DNA of 64,000 nt from Candidatus Latescibacterota bacterium (GTDB lineage Bacteria; Latescibacterota; UBA2968; UBA8231): the NCBI GenBank assembly GCA_965206595.1, contig OZ242214.1, positions 352,001 to 416,000 on the forward strand. Reading direction: 5' to 3'. The position numbers and the translations under genes are program-made. This document shows, piece by piece, positions 50,478 through 61,255 of the stretch. Positions within the stretch are counted from its first letter, which is position 1. Each line of letters begins with the position of its first letter. The notes under the pieces were generated by a model. The model was not told where the DNA came from and ran no database searches. It was given only the letters and a program-made list of their open reading frames with translations.

Positions 50478-51821
50478 AGAGGTGGACCCCATTCTTTGGA
50501 CAGCCGGACAGCAGGATTAGGTGGATTCATTGTGGTTAATTTGCTGCCCTGTCCTTCTTGTTCTGGAGTCCCCTGAAACCTCCTTTCCGACTCTGCAAGA
50601 TCGCCGTTTTGCTGGGTGCAGGATCGTCCACCCGTCCTTGGCAAATTGTCCACACCGTCCCCCCTTCCCTGTTCATGCCGCCCTGCGCCGGGTGTATTCT
50701 TCCATAGGCGTCCGGTCGCCGGCCAGGCTGGAATGAGGCCGCTCTTCGTTGTACTAGCGAAGCCAAGCCGCGATCATCTGACGCGCCTGCCGTCCATCCT
50801 GAAAGTCGTGCAGATAGACACACTCGTATTTTAGGGAGCGCCAGAGACGCTCGATGAAGACGTTGTCCATCCATCGCCCCTTGCCGTCCATCGAGATCGC
50901 TACCCCGGCTTGCTCGAGGACCTCGGTGAACTCCCGACTCGTAAACTGGCTGCCCTGGTCGGTGTTGAAGATGTCCGGTTTTCCGTAGCGGGCCAGGGCC
51001 TCCCGCAAGGCCTCCCGGCAGAGCGCACTGTCCTGGGTATTCGACAGCCGCCACGAAAGCACCGTGCGCGTCGCCCAGTCCATGATCGCCACCAGATAAA
51101 GAAAACCACGCTGCATCGGGATATAGGTCACGTCCGCGCACCACACCTGGTTCGGCCGCTCGATCCTGAGATGGCCGAGACGATACGGATAGATCCGATG
51201 GGACCCATCCGGCGACGACGTCTGCGGCTTGCGGTAGATGGCCGTCAGTCCCATCTGTCGCATCAATCGACGCACGCGCTTGCGCCCGACCCCATGGCCT
51301 TGGCGCCGCAGCTGACGGGCCATCTGCCGGGACCCATACCAGGGCGTGGCCAGAAACTGTTCGTCGATGGTGCGCATCAACTGCCGGTTGAAGGAACTTT
51401 CCCCTCGACCCGCGTAGTACTAGGTGGATCGCGAGAGGGCAACCAAGGTGCACTGGCGCACGATAGGGAGCCGGGGATGATCCGCATCGATCATCGCTTC
51501 CCTTCGGTCGCGGCTCAACGGCCGAAGGCGCGAGACAAAAAATCGTTCTCGACGGTCAGCTGGCCGATCTTGGCGTGCAGCGCCTTGACCTCCGCCTCAT
51601 GGTCGGCGGCGCGGGAAGAGGTCTTGCGGGCGAACGCCTCGGGCAGGCTCTCCCGGGCCTGCCGTTTCCACTGCGCAATCACGTTGGGGTGCAGGTGATG
51701 CTTGGCGGCGAGCTCGGCCATCTTGGGCGGAGAAGCTACGTCGTTTTCCCATGTCTCCAGTCCTTCCGTAGAGGGGTTGGATCCACCTAACGTAACTGTC
51801 CGAATTCCGGGGGCCACCTCT
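50478..51821 (-). mobile_element. IS3-family insertion sequence, inactivated
   Basis: Imperfect terminal IRs (AGAGGTGGACCCCATTCTTTGGACAG / AGAGGTGGCCCCCGGAATTCGGACAG). orfA 51515-51752 has an internal deletion. orfB carries DDE motifs (WCADVTY, NTDQGSQF, IERLWRSLKYE) and two TAG stops (~51420 and 50754). Confidence 0.9.
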
Positions 51822-52175
51822 CTATTTCCACACTGTTCATTCATTCAGGACTCCCTGTCGTTCCTAGCCGGCTCATTCGCTTTCCTGCTGTTTATCGTCA
51901 CCGTCAGTATTCTCCTTAGGAGAATACCCGTCTTTCACCTTGCCTGTCGGCCTCCGCAAAAATCGTGCCACCTGTTCGGCTTGCCGGTCAATTTCGTCCT
52001 GATTGTACAATCATTGCGCTCCTCCCTGTATTCTCCTGTCGCTTATGGTCATAAACCATAATTCCCCTTGCCCATCTGTCAACAGAACCATAAAATCTAC
52101 TATTTTCTCCCCTGTCACTCTACTGCGTGGAGACCCTCGAAGTGTCGGGTCTCTCATAGACGAAGGAGACTGAGG

Positions 52176-55100
52176 ATGAGGAACTTCACTCCCATTCTAT
52201 TTCTATCCGTTGTTCTCTCGTCCATGGGCCATCCCGCGTCCTCCTCGGCCGAGGGCACGGGTTTCTGCCTGCCTGTCGATTCGGAGAGGCTTGAGCGCCA
52301 TCTGCAACGCCCCGCGGCCAAGCCGGCCCTGTTGAATGCGGGAGAGCCGCGCACCGTGCGAATGATCTACTTCGTATCCGATCCGCAAGCGTTCAGGCAA
52401 GAAGTAGTTGATAAGATGAAATCTACGATTCGGGAGGTGCAGCGTATTTTTGCCGACCAGATCAGGGCGCACGGATTCGGAGAGAGAACCTTCCGTTTTG
52501 AGAGGGATGCACAAAATGAACCCATGGTTCATATCGCATATGGTGCCGGAGGTACTTACGACCATTGGGGTGCCCTCGAACGTATTCAACAGGAATATGA
52601 TCTCAATTCAAATATTTACTTCATCGTCCTAGGCAATGAAGAAGATATTAAATTTCGAAATGTATTAGGGCTTGGTCTCCAAGAGTCAAGAACCGGTGGA
52701 TGGGCGATGTTGAGACAATATATTGACCCGAATTTCGTTGTCAGGGCGGCCCATGAACTGGGACATGCTTTCGGATTGTGGCACAATTTCAACGACGGGG
52801 CCCACATCATGTCATACGGTCGTGGACGAAATAGGTTATCCGAGCTCAGCGCCGGGCATCTGGCCGTACACCCCCATTTCAATCCTGATAGTCCAACGGA
52901 GACGCTTCCTGAGAGCGAGTTGCCAACGGGTCAGGTTCTTTCGTCGCGTTCATATCGGACAGGAGCGACAAGCGTCCCTATTCAACTTGAACTCAGCCAC
53001 CCTGACGGTCTTCAGCAAGTATCTCTATTTGTTACAACACCAGAAACCCACTTTTCCGCAGGCTCTCCCGAATTGAAGACAGGTCGTCTATTAGGGGGGG
53101 TGACGAATGCGATTGTTGACTTCGAGTATGACGGCATTATTCCATCGGACAGAGACCATGCGAATCTCTCCACCCTTCTTACGCACAGGATGGAGTTCGA
53201 GGTTGTGGATATGCTCGGCAATATCGGCAAAATAGGCCTATCGCTGCTGCATAATTCGACCCACAAACTCGTCATCTCCCTGGACAGGAGAAAGAGAAAT
53301 GGCGCCTATGGGGTGGCCTTTTCTCCCGATGGGAAAGTCCTCGCCTCAGGGTCAGAGAATCAAACCGTTGAACTGTGGAACGCAGAGACAGGCGAACATA
53401 TCGCCACACTCTCAGGATATGAGGGTCGGGGGTATCACCGCCGGGTCAACTCTGTGGCCTTTTCTCCCGATGGCACAATCCTCGCCACGGGAACATGGGA
53501 AGGCACGATCAAGCTATGGGATATGGAAACAAGAACAGAGATCATCACCTTCGAGCATGGCGGTGATGAGGGGCGGATCATGTCTTTGGCGTTTTCGCCC
53601 GATGGAAAGATCCTCGCCTCAGCGTTGACGGATGATTGGACAAGTCCAGCACACACGATCAAGCTGTGGGACATGGCAACAAAAACCGAGATCGCCACCC
53701 TTAGCGGCCATAGTAATGGTGTCCAGAGCGTGTCGTTTTCACCGGATGGAAAAACCCTTGCTTCAGGTGCTTTTGATAGCACAATCAGGCTATGGGATGT
53801 GGCGACAAAAACCCAGATTGCCTACCTCCCCTATGAGAACACGGTTACTTCTGTATCGTTCTCACCGGATGGAAAAACCCTCATTTCGGGTGCTTTTAAT
53901 AACAAACTCGCTTTTTGGGACGTGGATAAAAAAACCTTTAAGGATCAGTTTGAGGTAAGCAAACAAAGTATTCTGCGCTATGTGTCATTTACCCCCGATG
54001 GCGAAAAAATTGTCTCCGCGATACAGGGGGGGGATATTAAACTTTGGGAGATAGATGGGGATACAAACACATACGAAAGAATCGCGGCATTTCAAGGGGC
54101 CAGCGGAGAGAAACTGTTTTCCAATTCTGGGTCATTTTCCCCTGATGGCACAACTTTCGCCACGTCATTAGGCAATTATGGAAAGGGGGATTACACCATC
54201 GTCTTGTGGGATATGTCGCCTTATGTCACACCCGTAGTACATATCGCCGACTTCAACCTCAAAGCGGCAATTCGAGAAACACTGGGCAAATCCGGTTACG
54301 GACCTATCACCAGGACAGATATAGCGCGGTTGACCACGCTCAATGTGAGCAACCGAAATATCCGCGATTTAATCGGGCTTGAGTTTGCAACCAATCTGAC
54401 CACATTGAATCTTGAGGGCAATCCGCTGAATCCGTTAGCCGCCAATACCCATCTGCCAGCCTTGGAAGCCAGGGGTGTTGAGGTCTTGTTCTCGCGTATG
54501 GTTGAGGTCCTGATCAAGCTCTCGGGGGATAGCCAGCAGGCGCCGTCGGGCACTCAAGTTCAGGACCCCTTTGTGGTCGAAGTTCTGGATCAGAACGGGA
54601 TGGTCCTGCCCGGAGCCGTGGTGGCGTTTTCGGTCATCGAGGGGGAGGGGACCCTTTCTGTTTTTACCGACACCACCGACGCAAGGGGCCGCGCCTCCAC
54701 CGCCCTGACCATCGGGCAAGGGAGTGGGACCATCACCGTGGAGGTGAGGGTGAATGGCCTGGAGCCGCAGATCTTCACGGCCACGGTTATCGCCATCGCC
54801 GACTTCAACGGCGACGGAGTGACAGGTTTAGACGACTTCTTCCTCTTCGCCGAGGCTTTCGGCGGAACGGATCCCCGCTTCGACCTGGACGGCAGCGGCA
54901 CGGTGGACTTTCCCGACTTCTTCCTCTTCGCCGAGAACTTCGGGAAGACGGCGCGCGCCAAGCTGCTGGCCATGGCCAGCGAGCGGATCGGCCTGCCCGA
55001 GGGTTCGCAGCTTCGGCAGAACGCGCCCAACCCCTTCAACAGCCGCACCGTGATTTCCTGGTTCCAGCTGCACCCCGGGGAGGTGCAGCTGGAGGTGTTC

Positions 55101-55277
55101 GCCCTAACCGGCCAGCGGGTGGCGGTGCTGCACGAGGGTGCAAAGAAGATCGGCCTCCACCGCCTCACTTGGGACGGGCGGAGTGACCAGGGCCGCCCCC
55201 TGGCCAGCGGAGTATACGTGTACCGGCTGGTGACGGCCGAAGGAGCGTGGACCCGCAAGCTCACCCTGCTTCGTTGA
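52176..55277 (+). CDS. Secreted multidomain protein: metzincin-like peptidase + WD40 + internalin-like LRR + Ig-like + EF-hand/dockerin-like + FlgD
   Basis: HELGHAFGLWH...IMSY; seven AFSPDG/LWD repeats; LIGLEFATNLTTLNLEGNPL; SGDSQ..PFVVEV; DFNGDG..DFFLFA twice; QNAPNPFN...WDGRSDQGRPLASGVY. Confidence 0.85.
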   Translation: MRNFTPILFLSVVLSSMGHPASSSAEGTGFCLPVDSERLERHLQRPAAKPALLNAGEPRTVRMIYFVSDPQAFRQEVVDKMKSTIREVQRIFADQIRAHGFGERTFRFERDAQNEPMVHIAYGAGGTYDHWGALERIQQEYDLNSNIYFIVLGNEEDIKFRNVLGLGLQESRTGGWAMLRQYIDPNFVVRAAHELGHAFGLWHNFNDGAHIMSYGRGRNRLSELSAGHLAVHPHFNPDSPTETLPESELPTGQVLSSRSYRTGATSVPIQLELSHPDGLQQVSLFVTTPETHFSAGSPELKTGRLLGGVTNAIVDFEYDGIIPSDRDHANLSTLLTHRMEFEVVDMLGNIGKIGLSLLHNSTHKLVISLDRRKRNGAYGVAFSPDGKVLASGSENQTVELWNAETGEHIATLSGYEGRGYHRRVNSVAFSPDGTILATGTWEGTIKLWDMETRTEIITFEHGGDEGRIMSLAFSPDGKILASALTDDWTSPAHTIKLWDMATKTEIATLSGHSNGVQSVSFSPDGKTLASGAFDSTIRLWDVATKTQIAYLPYENTVTSVSFSPDGKTLISGAFNNKLAFWDVDKKTFKDQFEVSKQSILRYVSFTPDGEKIVSAIQGGDIKLWEIDGDTNTYERIAAFQGASGEKLFSNSGSFSPDGTTFATSLGNYGKGDYTIVLWDMSPYVTPVVHIADFNLKAAIRETLGKSGYGPITRTDIARLTTLNVSNRNIRDLIGLEFATNLTTLNLEGNPLNPLAANTHLPALEARGVEVLFSRMVEVLIKLSGDSQQAPSGTQVQDPFVVEVLDQNGMVLPGAVVAFSVIEGEGTLSVFTDTTDARGRASTALTIGQGSGTITVEVRVNGLEPQIFTATVIAIADFNGDGVTGLDDFFLFAEAFGGTDPRFDLDGSGTVDFPDFFLFAENFGKTARAKLLAMASERIGLPEGSQLRQNAPNPFNSRTVISWFQLHPGEVQLEVFALTGQRVAVLHEGAKKIGLHRLTWDGRSDQGRPLASGVYVYRLVTAEGAWTRKLTLLR

Positions 55278-55529
55278 AGCGGGGCAGCAGAGCGAAGCTG
55301 ATGCAAGATACCTCTGACTCGCCGGCGGTTGGATGGAGCCTATCGTCCTGTCCCAGGAATATTTTGAATAAATATGGTTTCCTCATTAGGTTCCTGTCTA
55401 GCGATATCGCAAGGAGGGAACCTATGCCAATGGGACGTCCCCTGAAGCCGCTCTGAAAGGGATCAGGAACTTCCTGAATCCTGCGTCCAGAGACTATAGA
55501 AGAGTTTGCGGGATACGTCTAATAAAAAT

Positions 55530-56750
55530 GGCTCGTCAGTAGAATTCGTGGGTGAATTGTGGCTCGGGTAAATCGCCGAGCTGATGGAATGAAGCGATTT
55601 GGAGTGCCTTGAAGGTGCGGCATCCGAATGCTTTTCTCCCTGTCAGATTCCATTTCAGGTTCAAGCCCTCGACCATGCCGTTGTTGAACTGCTTCCTGGC
55701 CCTGGACCAATTGAGGATGAGCTCTTGGTGACGCCGCAGCATTCCGGCGATGTCTTTCATCGGTTCGATGTTGCTTCTCATCGTACGGAAACACCCGCGC
55801 TGGAGGAACTTCTCAGCCCACGCGGAGTAGGTGTAGTCCCAGAAGCGCTGGAAGTCCTCCTTGAGCAGGTAGGCTCTGACCGTCCGCAGGTTCATCTTCA
55901 ATAGCTCCGACAGCTTCAAGCCTTGGGAGTCGCTTCTGGTCGAGGAAACGGGTCGGCTCCTGCTCGCCGCCGGCTTCCTGCTTGCGCCGGTGCTCCTGCT
56001 CCCGTTCGGTAAAGCCGTCGTTCAAGGCCTTCTTCGTCCGCTTCTCGCCCATCCACAACAGGCGGCGGCGGTGGGGGTCGATCTGGTACAGCAACGTCAG
56101 ATAATGAGGCCCCTTACGATACTGGATTTCATCCACGCCGAGGGCCGTGACCTGGTCGAGGCAGCGATGAGCGAGCCCATAGTCCACGACGTACTGGACG
56201 GAGTGGTAGACCTTGTCCCAACGGGTCCGGAAGGAACGCGCCACCTCGATCCACGACAGTTTTTTGGCCCCCTGGGCCAGGAAGCAGCGGTAGAGGTCGG
56301 TCAGGTGGTGCTTGCCCGTGCTCCAGGGGACCTTCTCGACGACCACCCGGCCGCAGGCTTTGCAGGCAACCCGGCGCATGCGATACACCAGAAAGACCGG
56401 AAACCCCCAGAGGGGAACAAACTCGAACAGCCGGGCCTCGGGGGCCGTGTCATAGGTGGGGGCCAAGTGACCGCAGCCGCTGCACGCGCCCCGGGAGTTT
56501 TTCCGTGGCCTTATCCTCACCATTATCCTTCCGTGCCGGTCAAAATGACTGCCCTCAAACACAAACCGCTTGAAGGTCGTGCACCGGTTTAGTACCGTGA
56601 TCAGGCGCATCATTCCCTCCACAGGTAGTTGGGTTCCGTCTTGGTGGACTGTCCCAACATACCGGGGGATGATGCGCCTGGGCTACCTGGCCTCCTCTAT
56701 TCCCATCGCCGCAGCCTCCCCTCCTCACCCACAGATTCTCCAGAGGAGCC
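55530..56750 (-). mobile_element. ISL3-family insertion sequence, internally deleted
   Basis: IRs GGCTCGTCAGTAGAATTCGTGGGTGA / GGCTCCTCTGGAGAATCTGTGGGTGA. The transposase (56610 to 55536) has CxxC zinc-finger motifs, GVDE and NGMVEGLN, with a frame break near 55930. No target duplication seen. Confidence 0.9.
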
Positions 56751-58258
56751 TCCTTTTTCGAAAAACCCTCCCTATCGAATCTGTACTGCTCCACTCCGTT
56801 CCCCTCGCCTGAGGCCGGGAATCGGGGTGTGGTATTTCGAGCTACTTCGCTCCAACTCCAGGAAGTAATGGTCCAATACATTACGGATCTATCTTCCTAC
56901 AAGACTTGGGGAGAAGAAATAACGGTCCAGAAACTCATCCTGTTCGACGATGGCCAACACGACGATCTGAAGGAGGGGGACCTCGTATACGGCAACCGTC
57001 TCGTGCTGCCGGAAAACTACACTGGCCTGGTCCCCTATTCTTTCAGATCAGGAGACTACAGCTATCCTCAAAACGGGTTATTCTATATCAATTACGTGGC
57101 GACGAAGACCTACGCCTTGAATGTGAGTCACGCTGGTTTCGAAGATTACAAACGGCTGCGGATCGGAGACGTTTACCAGGTACGGAATGGATATTTCGTT
57201 GAAATTATCAACACCGGTGAGTTGCAGTTGGACCTGTCCTACTGCAGTTTCGAATCCGGGGAATATTTCAACCGTTTCATGTTCCCACCCGATACGAAAA
57301 TTGGAGCGGGTGCAAGCATTATACTCTCCTCAAATAGAGAGGTCGCCAGCGGGCTGTTTTCAGATTCTCCGGCAATTGGCAATTTTTTTTCGAGGTTTCC
57401 CTTGATGACACGATGAGACTGTTGACCCCGGCTCTGACGGAAATGGCTACCCGCGTCAATGAAACCTACAGCCCCATAGACGTGACTTCGCCAGCGATTG
57501 TAATTAACGAAATAAACTATCACTCGGCGGACGAACTTGATACGGGAGATTGGGTCGAATTATACAATCCCAATGATTTATCCGTCGATCTTTCCGGTTG
57601 GTATTTTCAAGACGGGAATATCCGGCATTCCTTCGCGTTGCCGGAGGGTACGCTTGTCGAACCGCGCGGCTTCCTCGTATTATGCCAAGATCGCAAGGCC
57701 CTGGAATGGCTCTCGGGAACCACATGCATCGGAGACTTCGATTTCGGATTGAGGAACAGCGGAGAACTCGTTAGCCTGTTCGACCGCCATGGATTACAAG
57801 TCGATTCAATCGCCTATGGAGATAGTAGTCCGTGGCCGGAGGAGGCGGACGGCGACGGTCCGACGCTGGAATTGCGTCATTATGAGCTGGATAATTCGGA
57901 ACCCTCGAATTGGCTGGCTTCCATCTCTCCGGGGGGAACTCCGGGCGGGGTGAACAGCGCCTACGAATTTCGCGGAACGACCGGATTTGTGCGCTTTACG
58001 TTGTCAGAGGCGATTCCCAATCCATTTGTCTCCACAGTTCGGCTCGAACTCGACTTGGCAGAGAGGACTCCTGCTACACTTAAAGTATACAACGCACTAG
58101 GTCAGATGGAGGAGATACTGGCGGATGAAGTCTTAGCCAACGGAATTAGCCAGTTCACCTGGAATCCCCGGGAAAGAGGGGCTGGGGTCTACTTCATTTC
58201 TCTATACCTTGGCCGGCGGCTCGAAGCCGTACGAAAGGCAGTTTACCTAGGCGGATAG
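56751..58258 (+). pseudogene. ISL3-truncated lamin-tail-domain (LTD) secreted protein with C-terminal sorting-type domain
   Basis: The frame is open from the IS end, with LFDDGQHDD..GD and IVINEINY..DWVELYN..DLSGW motifs and PNPF...VYNALG...GVYFI at the C-terminus. Frameshift in the T8 run near 57385. Confidence 0.75.
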
Positions 58259-58288
58259 GCTAACGGAACGCGTATGGAGTAATCCACT

Positions 58289-58680
58289 TCACCTTTTGAT
58301 GTTCGAGCGGAACCAATCCGCGAGCGTGGCTTCATCGATGCGGTCAGCGGCGACACCTTTCCATGATGCGGACGGCGTCCAAAGGCTAGAACTCGAGGTG
58401 TTGGCCGTTGTTCGGCAAGGAACAGGGGGGCGACCACCGAGGCGGTCGCCCTTGTTGCCGTCGATGAAGCCGTGGTTTCTGGCCAGGCCCCAGGCGTAGT
58501 CCGCGGGCAGCGCCGCCGCATCCGGATTTCCGTAGCGTCCGAGGTTCAGCGGACGGGCAAAGGGCGGATTCGACCATTCCCGGGTCACGGATCCCGTCTT
58601 CTCCGCCGTGCTCGGCGAGCTGGCGGTCGTGGATCGCAAGAACAACCCGGGATGGGTGGCGGCGCTCAGGATCGGCTCAC
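58289..58680 (-). pseudogene. doc: Doc/Fic (death-on-curing) toxin remnant
   Basis: AIHDRQLAEHGG.DGIRD..VESAL, RPLN, NHGFIDGNK and LADW motifs, spread over several frames. Confidence 0.78.
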
Positions 58681-58773
58681 GGGCGCCGCTGGGAGAATGC
58701 TTGCGCCTCGCCGATGCCGCGCCCAGGCCAAGGTGCCGCCCCAACTGCTGCGTCCGGCCGGCCCTCCTCGAAC

Positions 58774-60270
58774 TCATATGGCCCTCGCCAGCAGCTCTTC
58801 CGGGGTGGTGCCGGCCCCGGGAAGCTCACCGACGATGCCGCCTCCCTTCATCACGTAGATGCGGTTGCACAGCCGCAGCAGCTCGGGGATCTCCGAGGAG
58901 ATGACGATCACCGCCAGCCCCCGCTCCGCCATTTCCCGCAGCAGGCGGTAGATCTCGAAGCGGGCGCCGACGTCGATGCCCCGGGTCGGCTCGTCGACGA
59001 ACAGCACCTCGAGGTTCTGCTTGAGCAGCCAGCGCGCCACCAGAACCTTCTGCTGGTTGCCGCCGCTGAGCACGGCGATCCGCTGCTGCAGGGAAGGAGT
59101 GCGGATCGACAGTTCCTCGACGAAGGCCGCGGCCGCGGCCCGTTCGCGGGAAGGGCTGATGATCCCGCGAACGCAGAAGCGGTCGAGGGCGGCGACGGTC
59201 ATGTTGTGCAGCACCGGCTGCTCCGGGAAGAGCCCTCCGCCGCGGCGGTCCTCGGGGACCAGTCCGACGCCGAGGCGCCGGGCGGCCGCGGTCGAGTCGG
59301 GGGGGAGCCGCTGCCCGCCGACCTCGATCTCCCCCTGGCGGCGTCGGTCCGCCCCCAGCACGGCGCGGGCGAGCTCGGTGCGGCCGGCCCCCATCAGCCC
59401 GGAGAAGCCGACGATCTCCCCTCGGTGCGCGCGGAAGCTGACGTCCCGCACCCGGGCGGTCGACAGGTTCCGCACTTCAATGGCGATCTCGCCGCTGCCG
59501 GCCGGGGCCGGCGCCGTCTCCGAGCCGAGCGGCCGTCCCGCCATGAGGGAGATCAGCCGTTCGCCGTCGAGCTCCTCCACCGGGGCGGTGCGCATCAGCC
59601 TGCCGTCCCGCAGCACGCTGACCCGGTCGGAGAGCGCGAGGATCTCCTCGAGCTTGTGCGACACGTACACGATCGCCACCCCCTCCTGCTGCAGCCGCCG
59701 GATCAGCGCGAACAGCCGCTCGATCTCGCGCGGGCTGAGGGCGGAGGTGGGTTCGTCGAGAATGAGGACACGGGCCGCCTGCGTCAGCGCCTGCGCCACC
59801 TCGACGAGCTGCTGCTCGCCGATGCCTAGGTGCCGGACCTGCCGCCGCGGGTCGAGCTCGAGGCCGACCTGGCCGAGGGCCGCGGCCGCCTCCTCGTGAA
59901 GGCGCCGCCAGGCCACCCGCCCCCGGCGGGAGGGCAGCCGTCCGAAGAAGATGTTCTCCGCCACCGACAGGGTGGGAACCAGCTTCGGCTCCTGGTAGAC
60001 GACGCTGATCCCGGCGGCGATCGCCGCTCGCGGACTGTCCGCGGCGGCCGGGCGGCCGTCGATGGAGTACGAGCCCCCGTCCGGCTGGTGCACCCCTGTG
60101 AGGATCTTGATCAGCGTCGATTTGCCGGCCCCGTTCTCGCCGACGATGGAGTGCACCTCTCCCCGTCGCAGATCGAAGTCGACCTCGGCCAGGGCCTGCA
60201 CCCCGGGGAAACGCTTGTCGATCCCGCGCAGGTCGAGGAGCGGTTCGCCGTTCCGGTCCGGGGGGATCAC
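58774..60270 (-). CDS. Sugar ABC transporter ATP-binding protein (RbsA/MglA type)
   Basis: GENGAGKST, LDEPT, LSGGNQQK and DEPTRGIDVGA motifs; the GTG start overlaps the permease stop. Confidence 0.92.
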   Translation of the reverse strand: MIPPDRNGEPLLDLRGIDKRFPGVQALAEVDFDLRRGEVHSIVGENGAGKSTLIKILTGVHQPDGGSYSIDGRPAAADSPRAAIAAGISVVYQEPKLVPTLSVAENIFFGRLPSRRGRVAWRRLHEEAAAALGQVGLELDPRRQVRHLGIGEQQLVEVAQALTQAARVLILDEPTSALSPREIERLFALIRRLQQEGVAIVYVSHKLEEILALSDRVSVLRDGRLMRTAPVEELDGERLISLMAGRPLGSETAPAPAGSGEIAIEVRNLSTARVRDVSFRAHRGEIVGFSGLMGAGRTELARAVLGADRRRQGEIEVGGQRLPPDSTAAARRLGVGLVPEDRRGGGLFPEQPVLHNMTVAALDRFCVRGIISPSRERAAAAAFVEELSIRTPSLQQRIAVLSGGNQQKVLVARWLLKQNLEVLFVDEPTRGIDVGARFEIYRLLREMAERGLAVIVISSEIPELLRLCNRIYVMKGGGIVGELPGAGTTPEELLARAI

Positions 60271-61236
60271 GGGTTGGCCAGCAGCCGGCGCAGAACCGAA
60301 TCGCGGCGGCGCCGGTCGAGGTACACGGCGAGGATGATGACGAGGCCGCGGGCGATGTCGTGGTAGAAGGAGGAGACGTTGAGCAGCACGAGACCGTTGT
60401 TCAGCACCGTGAGGATGAGGATGCCGAGGATCGCCCCGGCCAGCGAACCGACCCCCCCGGTCAGGCTGACCCCCCCCGAGCACGACCGCGGCGATCACCT
60501 GCAGCTCGAAGCCGAGCCCGGCGTTCGGCTGCCCGGAGTTGAGGCGCGAGGCGAGGATGAAGGCGCTGATCGCGGCCATGGCCCCGCCGATGGCGAACAC
60601 CGTCACCTTGATCCGCTCGACCGGAAGGCCGGCGAGGCGGGCGGCCTCGGCGTTGCCGCCGACGGCGTAGATGTAGCGGCCGAAGGGGGTGTGGTGGAGG
60701 ATGAAGTAGAAGAGGGCGAAGAAGAAGGCGGCGACTGCGACCGGCAGCGGCAGGGGGCCGAGGTGGCCGGTGCCGATGTCGCTGAAGCCGGGGACCGCCG
60801 CCTGTATGGAGACCGCCTGCGTCGACACCATGGCGGTGCCGCGCAGGATCGCCATCATTCCCAGGGTGGCGATCAACGAGCTGATGCCGGCCCTCGTCAC
60901 CAGCAGGCCGTTGGCGACTCCGCAGGCGGCCCCGAGGCACAGGGCCGCGGCCAAGGCCAGGGCGATGCTGCCGCTGCCGTTGAGGACGAAAACCGCGAGA
61001 ATGCCGGCGACCGCCTGGGCCGAGCCGACGCTGAGGTCGATCTCCCCCTGCAGGATGATCAGGGCCATGCCGATGCCGGCGATCGCCACCAGCGAGGCGT
61101 CGCGCAGGATGTTGGTGACGTTGGCCACCGTCAGGAAGACCGGAGACAGCGCGGCGATGACGGCGCACAGGAGCAGCAGGGCGATCAGCAGGCCGGCCTG
61201 CTCGCTGTGCAGCAGGCGCGACGGCAAGTTCGGCAT
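60267..61236 (-). CDS. Sugar ABC transporter permease (RbsC type) with a +1 frameshift in a G8 run
   Basis: IDLSVGS, GRYIYAVGGN and ELQVIAAVVLGG motifs. Removing one G at 60470-60477 restores VSLTGGVGS...LANP*. Confidence 0.85.
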
Positions 61237-61255
61237 TCTCGGGCTGCTGTGCGGA

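Noticed and set aside
27563-51422. In-frame TAG codons (M16 at 27563; IS3 orfB at 50754 and ~51420) as amber recoding or pyrrolysine
   Set aside because: Many intact genes here end in TAG, the affected genes carry other lesions, and no pyl genes or conserved downstream structure are visible.
55410-55456. RBS + MPMGRPLKPL*, resembling an IS630 transposase N-terminus
   Set aside because: Only 10 codons, too short to support a call.
58774-61236. Novel natural permease-ATPase fusion protein (820 aa)
   Set aside because: The linker is an out-of-frame translation of the permease C-terminus, and the normal GTGA overlap between the two genes is preserved.
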